DNA from: an uncultured virus (IMG/VR IMGVR_UViG_3300027022_000002)
Lineage: Duplodnaviria > Heunggongvirae > Uroviricota > Caudoviricetes
DNA: 64,000 nucleotides
Strand: one strand, 5' to 3'
IMG/VR virus record: IMGVR_UViG_3300027022_000002
The notes below the pieces were generated by a model, which was not told where the DNA came from, made no database searches, and worked only from the letters and a program-made list of their open reading frames with translations. How positions within the stretch are numbered: position 1 is the first letter of the stretch; each line of letters opens with the position of its first letter. Made by a program: the position numbers and the translations under genes. Positions 47,073-56,106 of this stretch are shown here, in pieces.

Positions 47073-48190
47073 TACCCCCGCGTGCGCGCCGCACCCGGCA
47101 CCGTCAGTGACGACCGGTCCGGCACCGTCACGTCGACCCGGACGACCGTCGGCACCCCGACGGCCCGTCGGATCCACCGCTGCAGTGCCATCGCGGCGAC
47201 GGCCGCGGCCTCGCGCAGGTTGCCGGGGACCGGCAGCCCGAACGACTCCCCCGGCAGCTGCGGGTCGAGCATCCAGCCGAGCGGCGCGGCGTCGCCGGCC
47301 GACTGGAGCACGTACAGCGGCGGGCCGGTCGGGGTGGCCCGCAGTTCGATGCCGCCGGCCCACCTGGTCGACGGGTGGGCGGTCAGGGTGACCGTCGCGG
47401 CGGGGGTCGGGTCGGTCAGCCTGGTGCCCGGTCCGGCCCCGTCGTCGTAGGCGACGTCGGCCCAGGTCGGGTCAGGCTGCTGGTCAGGTTCCAGGGTGAC
47501 CGCGTCCCGGTCACCCGGGCTGACCGGGCCGGTCAGGTCACCCCGCCAGATCAGGTCAGCGGTCAGCTGGTCGACGTCGGCGGCGAACGCCGCCGCGTCG
47601 GTCAGGTCAGCCTGACCCTGACCAGCCACCGGGGTGACCGGAGCCCCGTCACGGTCACCCCGGTCAGGCTGACCGGGCGGGGTGACCGGGGTGACCGGCA
47701 GCGGCCTACCGCCGTACGCGGTCACCACCGTGTCGGGCCGGTCAACCGCCCGGACGACGATTCTGACCGGCCATTCCGCCCCGTCCGTCCAGTGATTCGC
47801 GGCCCTTTCCGCGAAAGCGCCGATCGCGACAATGTCGCGCTTGCAGGATGAACGAAACCTGAAATGGGTCGACCAGTCGCCGGGCCGGTCGAGGTCGTAG
47901 GCGTCGATTTCGACGTCCACGACGACTATCCCCCGCACCTGGCCGAGGTAGAGGTAGCGGCTGATCGCCATGTCCTCGGCCTCGGCCGGGTTGTCTGCGA
48001 CGAATTGGGCGGTGGGGGTTTGCGCCATCCACCGGCCGCCCTCGTCGGGGCACACCAGCGCGATGGTGTGCCCGTCGGCCGTCGAAACAGCCCAGTGGTA
48101 TCCGTCGACTCCCCGATTTCTGTGGAAGTCGAGCCCTTTCGCGGTCGCGCCAGTGCCGGCGCGGGTCGCCACGTCCACCATGTCGTTCAC
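47072..48190 (-). CDS. Hypothetical protein whose central part is encoded by GGTGACC/GGTCA repeats
   Basis: Long co-oriented ORF with VTP/LT repeats at 47380-47730. Confidence 0.55.
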   Translation of the reverse strand: MNDMVDVATRAGTGATAKGLDFHRNRGVDGYHWAVSTADGHTIALVCPDEGGRWMAQTPTAQFVADNPAEAEDMAISRYLYLGQVRGIVVVDVEIDAYDLDRPGDWSTHFRFRSSCKRDIVAIGAFAERAANHWTDGAEWPVRIVVRAVDRPDTVVTAYGGRPLPVTPVTPPGQPDRGDRDGAPVTPVAGQGQADLTDAAAFAADVDQLTADLIWRGDLTGPVSPGDRDAVTLEPDQQPDPTWADVAYDDGAGPGTRLTDPTPAATVTLTAHPSTRWAGGIELRATPTGPPLYVLQSAGDAAPLGWMLDPQLPGESFGLPVPGNLREAAAVAAMALQRWIRRAVGVPTVVRVDVTVPDRSSLTVPGAARTRG

Positions 48191-48525
48191 CCCCACAGGA
48201 GGTGGGCGGCGGCGGACAGGAGCCCGGTGAACATCGACCCGGCGGCGAAGGTTGCGAGGTTGACGATGAACCGGCTGCGGCGGGCTGCGGCGTCTTCGTG
48301 TCCCTCGCTCCCCTCGAACGTCAGTCCGCCGAGGGCGGTCAGGGCGAGGGCGGGCCGGTTCGGGGCGTTGGTGGGGTTGATGGTCCGGATCAGGCCGTGG
48401 TCGCGGAGCCTGCGGACGGTGCCGACCGGCAGTGGCGAGACGGGGCGGCCTTCGGCGTCGATGTCGACGCCGTCAGCCGCGATGGCGGCCAGGACGTCGT
48501 ACTCGGGTTGAGGCATTTGGTGCAT
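48187..48525 (-). CDS. Small membrane protein
   Basis: C-terminal hydrophobic helix, GGAGGGGG RBS. Confidence 0.6.
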   Translation of the reverse strand: MHQMPQPEYDVLAAIAADGVDIDAEGRPVSPLPVGTVRRLRDHGLIRTINPTNAPNRPALALTALGGLTFEGSEGHEDAAARRSRFIVNLATFAAGSMFTGLLSAAAHLLWG

Positions 48526-48563
48526 CGCGGGTGTCCCCCTCCGGGGTTGGGTGTGTTACCACC

Positions 48564-48654
48564 ACGGTACGTCACGCCCTGCATTGGGTCAACGCAATGC
48601 CGCAGAAAATCATGATGGAGCCCTGTTGACTCAGTCATGACGGGGGGTTAATGT
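48564..48654. promoter_or_regulatory. Back-to-back divergent promoters
   Basis: Minus: TTGCG-TTGACC-N17-TACCGT. Plus: TTGACT-N17-TAATGT. Confidence 0.75.
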
Positions 48655-48693
48655 TTAGGTGTTGAGGGAGACCGACCAGCCGAGGAGGCCGCC

Positions 48694-48969
48694 ATGATGT
48701 TCATCCGCGTCGACCAGGACCCGCTGCTGATCCCGAACATCAACAAGGACGTCGAGCGCAAGCCGGGCGTCCCGGCCGGGGACCTGTACCTCGTCCCGGC
48801 CGAGGCGGTCGCCCGCTACGAGGCGGCGCTGGCCGCGTTCACCGACGCCATGTACGCGCTCGACGAGCACCTGACCCCGGAGCGGAAGATCCGGGAGTAC
48901 GACGTCATCTGCGAAACCGAGGAGGAGGCCGCCGAGGCGCTCGACCGGCTCCGGCAGCGCCTGACCTGA
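48694..48969 (+). CDS. Hypothetical protein
   Basis: GAGGAGG RBS, downstream of a promoter. Confidence 0.65.
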   Translation: MMFIRVDQDPLLIPNINKDVERKPGVPAGDLYLVPAEAVARYEAALAAFTDAMYALDEHLTPERKIREYDVICETEEEAAEALDRLRQRLT

Positions 48970-48978
48970 CCCCGCCCG

Positions 48979-49027
48979 ACACGACGCCCGACACCGCCCG
49001 GTGTCGGGCGTCGTGTATATACACGAC
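48979..49027. promoter_or_regulatory. Overlapping hairpin and palindrome
   Basis: 17-bp stem at 48979-49016 overlaps the perfect palindrome GTCGTGTATATACACGAC (49010-49027). Confidence 0.7.
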
Positions 49028-49705
49028 ATGCCACGGAGTCGCCGCCGATCCCGCCCCGCCGTCACCGCCGCCACCGCAGCCGCGCGGATCACCGCCCGCC
49101 GCGCCGACGTGCGCGACCAGCCCGACCCACCCGACGACCTGCTAGGCGTCGTCGCCCACGTCCACCGCTGGCGGCGTGGCCTGCCGCCCGGGACGCTGCG
49201 TGCCGACGTCGCCGACGGGCTGACCATCCTCGACCACCTCGCCGCCGAGCTGGACCGGCACCGGCTGGCGCTGATCCGGGCCGCCCGCGAAGACGGGGCC
49301 ACCTGGCAGGACATCGCGGCCTGGTGCGGGCTCGACGACCGGCGGGCCGCCTACGACCTAGCCCGCCGGCTCGAAGCGTCGGCGGCGGGCGGGACGAAGA
49401 ACGCACGGGAGGCGTACGCGGCGGAACGCGCCCGGCAGGACGAGCGGCGGGCGGTGCTGGCTCAGGTCGGGCAGGCCCGGGAGCTGGCGCGGACGGTCGT
49501 CGCCGGCCGCGACCAGCTACCCGACGATCTGGCCGCCGACGTTGACGAGATCGCCGCCGTGGCGGGGCGGGTCGCGGCGGGTGAGGCCGGCGCGGCGGGG
49601 GTTCTGGTGGCCCGGCTGCGGTTGCTCGCCGGGGAGGTCGCCGACCTGCCGGGGGTGGACGCGAAGCTGCGCGCCGCCCTAGTGGGCGGCACGCAGCGGC
49701 TGTGA
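49028..49705 (+). CDS. HTH protein
   Basis: RLALIRAAREDGATWQDIAAWCGL. Confidence 0.65.
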   Translation: MPRSRRRSRPAVTAATAAARITARRADVRDQPDPPDDLLGVVAHVHRWRRGLPPGTLRADVADGLTILDHLAAELDRHRLALIRAAREDGATWQDIAAWCGLDDRRAAYDLARRLEASAAGGTKNAREAYAAERARQDERRAVLAQVGQARELARTVVAGRDQLPDDLAADVDEIAAVAGRVAAGEAGAAGVLVARLRLLAGEVADLPGVDAKLRAALVGGTQRL

Positions 49706-49724
49706 TTCGCGGGGCGGTGGGGGT

Positions 49725-50237
49725 CTACAGCACGTCGGCGTGCTGCTGCTCCCATTCGGCGACCAAGTCGCGGCCGTCGGGCCGGACCACGGCGGTCAGG
49801 GTGACCCCGACGCCGGGGCCGACAATGTCGGTTGCGATCTTCTCGGCCTGGGCGAGGGTGTCGACCGTGCCCGGCTCGTAGAACTCGCTGCACGCCAGCC
49901 CGTCGCCCGCTTCCCACTGGAAGCAGATGTGGGTGCGAGCCTCCGGCCAGGTGCGGCCCTCGTTGTGCTCCTCCTTGCGGCGCACCGCTGTGGTGAGGTC
50001 GATGTCGTAGCGGTTGGCGATGGCCGCCGTGAACAGCAGCACGTCGGCCAGCTCCTCGTCCACCGATCCGACGATGTCGCCTTCGGTGCCGGCGACCCTG
50101 CCGCCGGAGACGATCGCTTCGAGCACCTCCATCGCCTCTTTCACCAGTCGCCGGGCTTGGTCGGCAGCCGGCTTGTGGGCGAAGCCGCGCCGCTGCTCCA
50201 TCGCCCGGACGTACTCCTGCAGGTCCGTCAGGTTCAC
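49725..50237 (-). CDS. MazG-like nucleotide pyrophosphohydrolase with C-terminal extension
   Basis: KEAMEVLEA...EELADV..F...IANRY.IDL..A...KEE.N..R.W. Confidence 0.85.
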   Translation of the reverse strand: MNLTDLQEYVRAMEQRRGFAHKPAADQARRLVKEAMEVLEAIVSGGRVAGTEGDIVGSVDEELADVLLFTAAIANRYDIDLTTAVRRKEEHNEGRTWPEARTHICFQWEAGDGLACSEFYEPGTVDTLAQAEKIATDIVGPGVGVTLTAVVRPDGRDLVAEWEQQHADVL

Positions 50238-50250
50238 CGGGTGTCTCCTC

Positions 50251-50958
50251 TCACTGGGCGATGGCGCGGCGGGACGCCGCGTCTCTGGTCCGGACCGTGA
50301 TCTGGGTGGTGCCGGCGCGGGCTGCGCGGGCGACGTCGCTCGCGAGCTGGCCGACCGGCCGGGCGGTGCCCGGCCGGACAGTGCGTAGGCCGGTGAGGGT
50401 GTCGTCGGCCCATGATTCGACGGAGACCTGGCGGGCCGGCGGGCCGCCGACGAGCCGCACCCCGGTGTTCTGCCAGGGTCGCCAGATGGCGTCCAGGTCG
50501 GCGGGGCTGATCAGGTCGCGGACGAGGACCGCGACGGCGAGGTCGCGGGCCTCCGGCGGCAGGACGTCGAGGTCGTAGCCGCGCATGATGCGCAGCGCGT
50601 CCCGGTCGAGCCGGCCGGACGTCTCGGCGAGACGCCATACCCGGTCGACGACCGCCCCGGCCGGGCGGGTGTCGTCGGGCGCGCTGCGGATCGCCCCGGG
50701 GTCCGCGCCGGGGGCGGTGAGCGCGGTGATCTGCCGCAGGAACAGCCGGCGGGCCTGCTTGTCGGCTGCCGCGCTGGTGGGGCTCGGCCTGCGGCGGCGG
50801 GACAGGACCTTGGCTGCGACCACGGCGGCGACGGCGGTCCCGATGGGAAGCGCGCCGACGATCGGTCCGTGTTCGGGGCGTAGGTGGATTGCCGCTGCTC
50901 CGGCGGCGGTGATGGCGGCGATCGCGGTGAGCGACGCCGCGTGCGGGTTGTGGATCAT
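50251..50958 (-). CDS. Membrane protein
   Basis: Two N-terminal hydrophobic segments. Confidence 0.55.
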   Translation of the reverse strand: MIHNPHAASLTAIAAITAAGAAAIHLRPEHGPIVGALPIGTAVAAVVAAKVLSRRRRPSPTSAAADKQARRLFLRQITALTAPGADPGAIRSAPDDTRPAGAVVDRVWRLAETSGRLDRDALRIMRGYDLDVLPPEARDLAVAVLVRDLISPADLDAIWRPWQNTGVRLVGGPPARQVSVESWADDTLTGLRTVRPGTARPVGQLASDVARAARAGTTQITVRTRDAASRRAIAQ

Positions 50959-51027
50959 TCGCGGGTCCCCTTCGGTTGGCGGGGTGGGTGTGTGGTGGTG
51001 CCGATCTCCTTCCTTGTCTCCCCTCGG

Positions 51028-51130
51028 ACGGTACTGCATGGGCTGTCATGAGTCAACGCAAAGCTTGCCGAGGCGTGCCGGGAAAACATTACGGACCCAC
51101 GTTGACTCAGTCATGACGGGGGGGTAATGT
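51028..51130. promoter_or_regulatory. Second copy of the back-to-back divergent promoters
   Basis: Minus: TTGCG-TTGACT-N17-TACCGT. Plus: GTTGACTCAGTCATGACGGGGGGGTAATGT, nearly identical to 48625-48654. Confidence 0.75.
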
Positions 51131-51177
51131 CTCCCTCGTAAGTCAACAACAGCCACCAACCCGGAAGGGGCCACACC

Positions 51178-52194
51178 ATGAGCGGCATCACCGACCCGAG
51201 CAACTGGTTCGACTACATCAACGGCGGGGACTACCCGCAGGAGCACCAGGTCCTGCTGGTCGACGCCCTCGCGAACGCCGCCGCCGAGGAGATCGACAAC
51301 GTCCTCGCCGAATACGTCGGCGACGGCTGGGACTACCTGCCGGGCACCGACACGATCCGCGACCCGCAGGGCGACGCCGTCCCGTTCGAGGACATCGCCC
51401 ACCACTTCGACGGCGACGGCGACGTCACCGAGGGGTGGCGGCAGCTGCAGGAGATCGCCGGCAGCCGGGTCGACAAGCGGTTCGGCGACATCGAGGCCGA
51501 CGCGCTCGGCGAGTTCGGCGAGCTGGTCCGGGTCGTCGACCCGAGCCGGGGCAGCACCACCTACGCCACCTCGATCCAGGTCGCCCGCTGGCTCGCCCGG
51601 GTCGACGGGGAGCCGTTCATGGTCGACGGCCACGAGGTCGAGCTGACCACCGGACCGGCAGAGATCACCATCCGGCTGCTGCAGGACAACGCGATCGGCC
51701 TGTACCTGCAGTGCGGCGAGAACGGCGAGGTGTGGCCGATCACCGGCGCGGACGAGCCGGGCAACTTCCTGTCCGACGTGCGCGGCTGGATCGACGGAGA
51801 GTGGGATCCCGCTGACGAGCTGGAGCCCACCAGCGAGCGCGGGCTGAAGCTGGTCGCCGACTACCACCTGCCGTCCGGGCAGGTCCGCTTCCACGACGAG
51901 CCGGGCGCGGCGGCCGACGAGTACATCGGCCCCGACGCGGGCCGGGCCATCGTCGACGTGTACCGGGGCGAGATCGCCCCGGGTGCGCAGGGGCAGGGCG
52001 AGGACATGACCGAGTGGGTCGGCTCGACCCGCGACCTGCCGAAGCAGGCGTACGTCTGGCTGGAGCAGCTCGGCGTCACCGCCGACGACCCGGACCTGTG
52101 GGTGTGGGTGTCGGAGCCGGGCTACGCGGCCGGCACCGCCGCCTCGGTCGCGTCGGAGACCTTCCGGGTGGTCGCCAAGGGCGGGTCGCTGTGA
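51178..52194 (+). CDS. Highly acidic hypothetical protein
   Basis: AAGGGG RBS, D/E-rich 338 aa. Confidence 0.75.
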   Translation: MSGITDPSNWFDYINGGDYPQEHQVLLVDALANAAAEEIDNVLAEYVGDGWDYLPGTDTIRDPQGDAVPFEDIAHHFDGDGDVTEGWRQLQEIAGSRVDKRFGDIEADALGEFGELVRVVDPSRGSTTYATSIQVARWLARVDGEPFMVDGHEVELTTGPAEITIRLLQDNAIGLYLQCGENGEVWPITGADEPGNFLSDVRGWIDGEWDPADELEPTSERGLKLVADYHLPSGQVRFHDEPGAAADEYIGPDAGRAIVDVYRGEIAPGAQGQGEDMTEWVGSTRDLPKQAYVWLEQLGVTADDPDLWVWVSEPGYAAGTAASVASETFRVVAKGGSL

Positions 52195-53081
52195 CCCCCA
52201 GCAAGGGCAAGGTGGCACCCGCTGCGGCGGGTGCCACCCCGCTGGACCAGCTCGCCGCGCTGATCCAGGCAGCCCAGGACGAGGCGGACGGACCGGCCCG
52301 GTACCGGGCCGTGGAGGCAGCGTCGAAGCAGGCATCGACCTTGCTGCGCCGCGAGTTGGACCGGCTGATCGTCGCCGCGACCGAATCGGCGACGTGGGCG
52401 CAGGTCAGCGAGCAGTACGGCATCACGACCGCGGTTGTGAACGCCCGGGTGTCCCGGGGGCTGCGTGAGGCGGGAGCACCAGCGGGCATGGGCCCACGTA
52501 GCGGACGCCGGAAGACCGCCGAAGCCGTGGCGGCGGAACTGCCCGCCGGCCTGCACATGGAGCGGATCACCGAAACGGACCCGACCACCCGGGAAGAGAT
52601 GTCCGCGTGGGTGGTGTGGGCGGACCGGGCCGACCGGTGCCCGCGCTGCCCGCAGCCGGTCGACCGGGATGGCGGCTGCCCCGCCGTCCTCGACCAGACC
52701 GGCGACCCGGAGCCGCTACGCAACGAGCACGGCTGCGGCGAGTGGATCGAACCCGTGTGGGACAGCTGCGCGGACCCGCGCGGGCTCGCGGAGACGGTCG
52801 CGCGGGTCCACGCCCGGTACCGGGAAGCGGTTGTCGTCGCCGAGCGGCGGATCCGCGCCGACCTCGCCGACGACCTGTCGCGGGCGCTCGCCCGGCTCGC
52901 CGAGCCACTCGAAGACGGGGAGACCCGCGACCAGCGGGAAGCGGAGGTCGGATCCTCCGGCTCGGAGCCGGGCATCTACCAGTCCGACGACGGCACCTGG
53001 CTGGCGTGGGACTACCACCCGTACCGCGACGGCGAGCAGATCACGGTAACGGTGCCGGAAGTGGCCGGTGTCGGCCGTTGA
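52191..53081 (+). CDS. HTH- and Cys-containing hypothetical protein
   Basis: ATWAQVSEQYGITTAVV, CPRC...HGCG; GTGA coupling. Confidence 0.6.
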   Translation: MTPSKGKVAPAAAGATPLDQLAALIQAAQDEADGPARYRAVEAASKQASTLLRRELDRLIVAATESATWAQVSEQYGITTAVVNARVSRGLREAGAPAGMGPRSGRRKTAEAVAAELPAGLHMERITETDPTTREEMSAWVVWADRADRCPRCPQPVDRDGGCPAVLDQTGDPEPLRNEHGCGEWIEPVWDSCADPRGLAETVARVHARYREAVVVAERRIRADLADDLSRALARLAEPLEDGETRDQREAEVGSSGSEPGIYQSDDGTWLAWDYHPYRDGEQITVTVPEVAGVGR

Positions 53082-53101
53082 ACAGCGTGCCCCCGGACGC
53101 G

Positions 53102-53143
53102 AGCCGGCCCGCCTCCCAGCAGAGGGAGGCGGGCCGGCTTCAT
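53102..53143 (+). terminator. Intrinsic terminator-like hairpin
   Basis: AGCCGGCCCGCCTCCC-AGCAGA-GGGAGGCGGGCCGGCT between convergent genes. Confidence 0.7.
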
Positions 53144-53176
53144 TCGTGCTGCTGCCGCGCGCGGGGGTAGGGCCGG

Positions 53177-53974
53177 TCAGTAGACGGCCAGGTGTCCGTG
53201 CCCGTGCCCGTCCGCGAGACCGAGGACCCACGGCAGCACGGCGGGGCCGGGCACCACGCGGGTTGTCTCTTCGTCGCCGTTGACCAGCACCATGTGGTGC
53301 TGGTCGCGTTCCGACGCGACGAAATCGGCCCATCCTTCTTCGGTGGCCAGCAGCAGCGCGTGGGTGCGCCGCTCGGTCACCGGCAGGTCGGCTGGGATCG
53401 CGGGAGGGGCGGGGGGAGGCTGGTCGGCCTCACCGGGGGGGACGTCACCCAGGTGCCGGCGGGGCGGCAGCTGGGTCTGGAACCGGTGCCAGCGGGCTGC
53501 CGCCGTCGGGTCGGCGTCAGCCCGGATCTGGTCGACGGACAGCCAGCGGATCTTGTCCGCCAGGTAAAGCGGATAGAGCTTCCCAGCGGCGATGCGGGCG
53601 GTCAGCCCCTCGGCTGTGGCAGGTCCGCCGACCGTGGCGGACACCCGGCAGGCGTCCTTGACGGTGACCAGCTGCGGGATGGCGACGTTGTCGAGGCGGT
53701 CGAACTCGCCGTTGGCGTCGGCGACGCCGCGCGCCCACCAGTAGGGGGCATCGACCCGGTGCTGTCGCCGGCCGGACCAGTACAGCTGGTCCCGGTCTAG
53801 GAGCCTCACGGTGCCGTCGGGGGTGCGGACCAGGTGCCGGCTGTAGCGCAGGTCCCCGGCCACATAGGTGGCCCATCCTTCGTCGTGGCAGATGCGTAGC
53901 GCCCGGAGCCGGCGGATCGCGTCGTACGCGTCTGCCGGGTCCGGGCGCTCATAGTCGGGCGTCTTGGGGGCCAT
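53177..53974 (-). CDS. Hypothetical protein with duplicated terminal domains
   Basis: CHDEGWATYV/ATEEGWADFV and WARGVADANG/WVLGLADGHG; TATAGT -10 just upstream. Confidence 0.6.
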   Translation of the reverse strand: MAPKTPDYERPDPADAYDAIRRLRALRICHDEGWATYVAGDLRYSRHLVRTPDGTVRLLDRDQLYWSGRRQHRVDAPYWWARGVADANGEFDRLDNVAIPQLVTVKDACRVSATVGGPATAEGLTARIAAGKLYPLYLADKIRWLSVDQIRADADPTAAARWHRFQTQLPPRRHLGDVPPGEADQPPPAPPAIPADLPVTERRTHALLLATEEGWADFVASERDQHHMVLVNGDEETTRVVPGPAVLPWVLGLADGHGHGHLAVY

Positions 53975-54028
53975 GACCGGACACTATACGGGACGGTCCG
54001 CATTGCATCCATGCATGGCCTGCGGGGT

Positions 54029-54568
54029 TCAGGCGGTGAGCCGGAGTCGTTCCTGGACAAGCCGTCCGTGCCACGCGCGGTGCAACCGGCGTATCCGCAG
54101 CTCAGCCGCGACGGGAAAGATCCCGACGGCCATCACGGCGAGCGTCACCGCCGGCCACGTCCCGTCGGCGGTCCACGCCACGTAGTGCCACACGGACATG
54201 CCGGCCCCGTAGCCGGCGAACTCGAGCCACGCCAGCCGGCGGGTGCGGCGGGAGACCTCGGCGCGCAGCCGGCCGGTGGTCGACAGCTCCGGGCGGGGTT
54301 CCGTCGTCGCTTCGAGCGCGTCGGTCGGCATCCGGCGGATGCGGCGGACGCGGCTGGCCTCGACGGCTCCCACGGCGACCATCCAGCCGCCGCCGATCAG
54401 GGCCGCCCACGCGGCGGGGCCGGTCAGGTCGGGGTGTTCGCTGGCCACCCCGATGTTGATCAAGACTAGGGGGATGATCCAGGTGGCGGTCATTGCCGCT
54501 TCGATGCGGGTGTCTCGGATCATGGCGCGGCGGCGTTGCTCGCACTCGGCCAGGTCGTCGTGGTGCAC
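54029..54568 (-). CDS. Four-TM membrane protein
   Basis: Hydrophobic segments, AAGGAG RBS. Confidence 0.6.
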   Translation of the reverse strand: MHHDDLAECEQRRRAMIRDTRIEAAMTATWIIPLVLINIGVASEHPDLTGPAAWAALIGGGWMVAVGAVEASRVRRIRRMPTDALEATTEPRPELSTTGRLRAEVSRRTRRLAWLEFAGYGAGMSVWHYVAWTADGTWPAVTLAVMAVGIFPVAAELRIRRLHRAWHGRLVQERLRLTA

Positions 54569-54628
54569 GGGGTCTCCTTCGCGGGTTTCACCGGGGCCGG
54601 GATTTCAGGCTCCGGTGGGTGTGTGGTG

Positions 54629-55765
54629 TCAGCTCGCGGTCGCGAGCTGGGAGGGCTGGCAGTCGGGGCAGGGCACGGCCACGTCGGTGAGCCGCCCGGC
54701 CAGGGCCGGGTTGGGGCGCTCGATGGTGATGCGGCGGCTGCCGTAGCAGGTGCCGCACGACGGGGTCGCCCGGTCACTGTCGCGCTGTGCTGGAACGGGC
54801 GCTGCCGGGGCGGCTCCGGATGGCACTTCCTGCGTCGCCAGATCGTCCAGGCGGTACCGGAGCGCCCCGAAGGTGGACAGGGCCCCGGCCAGGGTTCCGT
54901 AGCTGCTCACAGCCGCCGTCAGCCGGTTCGGCTGCCAGCCTGCGTCGAGTAGCCGGACGACCAGGGCGACGAGTTCGTTCCGCTGCTTGCCGGCGGGCAC
55001 CCGGCGGCCCGCCTTGCAGCGGGTCTGCATCTCGTCGATGAGCCGGGCCGCGACAGCGGCCGGATCGGGTTTTCCGGGCTTCTTCGTTTCGTCGACCTCC
55101 TCCTCCGGGGTCGGCCCGGCCGGAATGGTGCCGGCAGCTGCCTGTGAGGAGGGAGGGGAGGAGGAGGGGAAGGTTTCTTTTAGGGGAGGGTCCATAAGGA
55201 GGGTTGGGTGACTTGTAGTCACCCCCTCCCCTGACTCTGTGTCAGGGGGTACCGGGGACTCTGTGTCACCCCCTGACTCTGTGTCACCCCCTGTCTCTGA
55301 GACATCCCCGCCCGGCTTGTCCTTCTTTGGGCGCTTCTTGCCGACGTCGGCGCGGCGCGTCCTCGGTGGTGCCGGCGCGATGTCGGGCCGGTCCTCCGGG
55401 CGCAGCGGTGGACGGCCGCGGTCTGCCCGCATCCGGTTGATCTCCTCGATCTGCGCCGCCGACCACCAGCTGTACGGGATCATCACCTCCCAGATCGGGG
55501 GCCGCTTGTGCTCGGGGATGGCCAGCCAGCGGGCCGGCGGCGGCCCGTCCTGGCGTCGGATGAGCCCGCGCGCTTCCAGCTCGGCCCGCACCCGGTTCGC
55601 GGTCCGGACGTCGACCAGGGCGGCGCGGGCCTGGGTGCCGTTCGACGGGTAGGCGTCGCAGCCGTCGCTGTCCCCGGCGTCGCAGATAGCGAGCAGCACC
55701 GCGCGTTCCACGGCTGTCTTGACCGGGGCGTGCTTTAGCCCCCAGATGATCGGGTAGGCGTTCAT
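54629..55765 (-). CDS. Phage replication initiator (N-terminal wHTH, C-terminal CxxC...CPDC)
   Basis: ERAVLLAICD...AYPS..T.AR...RT..R....LEARGLI; internal DNA repeats; downstream of recT. Confidence 0.75.
   Translation of the reverse strand: MNAYPIIWGLKHAPVKTAVERAVLLAICDAGDSDGCDAYPSNGTQARAALVDVRTANRVRAELEARGLIRRQDGPPPARWLAIPEHKRPPIWEVMIPYSWWSAAQIEEINRMRADRGRPPLRPEDRPDIAPAPPRTRRADVGKKRPKKDKPGGDVSETGGDTESGGDTESPVPPDTESGEGVTTSHPTLLMDPPLKETFPSSSPPSSQAAAGTIPAGPTPEEEVDETKKPGKPDPAAVAARLIDEMQTRCKAGRRVPAGKQRNELVALVVRLLDAGWQPNRLTAAVSSYGTLAGALSTFGALRYRLDDLATQEVPSGAAPAAPVPAQRDSDRATPSCGTCYGSRRITIERPNPALAGRLTDVAVPCPDCQPSQLATAS
55228..55304. repeat. Iteron-like repeats (putative origin) inside the initiator gene
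   Basis: GACTCTGTGTCA at 55233, 55257 and 55275, plus a degenerate copy at 55293. Confidence 0.7.
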
Positions 55766-56106
55766 GGTCGGGCTTCCTTCGCGGGTTTGGTTCACGCCCG
55801 GGTGGGGTCCGCGATGAGAGCCACGACACGTCCGGCATCAGACCTCGGTGGAGGTGTCGGCACCGACCGATGGTCGGCTATGCTGGACGGGCTTAGCCCT
55901 CTGGCGAGCGAGCGTGCAAATAGGTGTGTCGGTACGGACTCTTGTCGGGGTTCAGTGGATCGGGTTGGTTACCTGGTCACCGGGGATCGCCTCCTGTTTG
56001 CTTCATCCGGGCCCACCGTTCACGCGGTGGGCCCGGATCGCGTTTACGGGCGGATCGTATCCCTATGCAGGTGTCTGGCCGGTACGCGACGCGCGCCAGC
56101 CAGGGG

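Noticed and set aside
55790..56100. Hairpins between rep and recT (e.g. 56005-56038) as an ncRNA
   Set aside because: An isolated 14-bp stem is adequately explained as a terminator or processing site; no further support.
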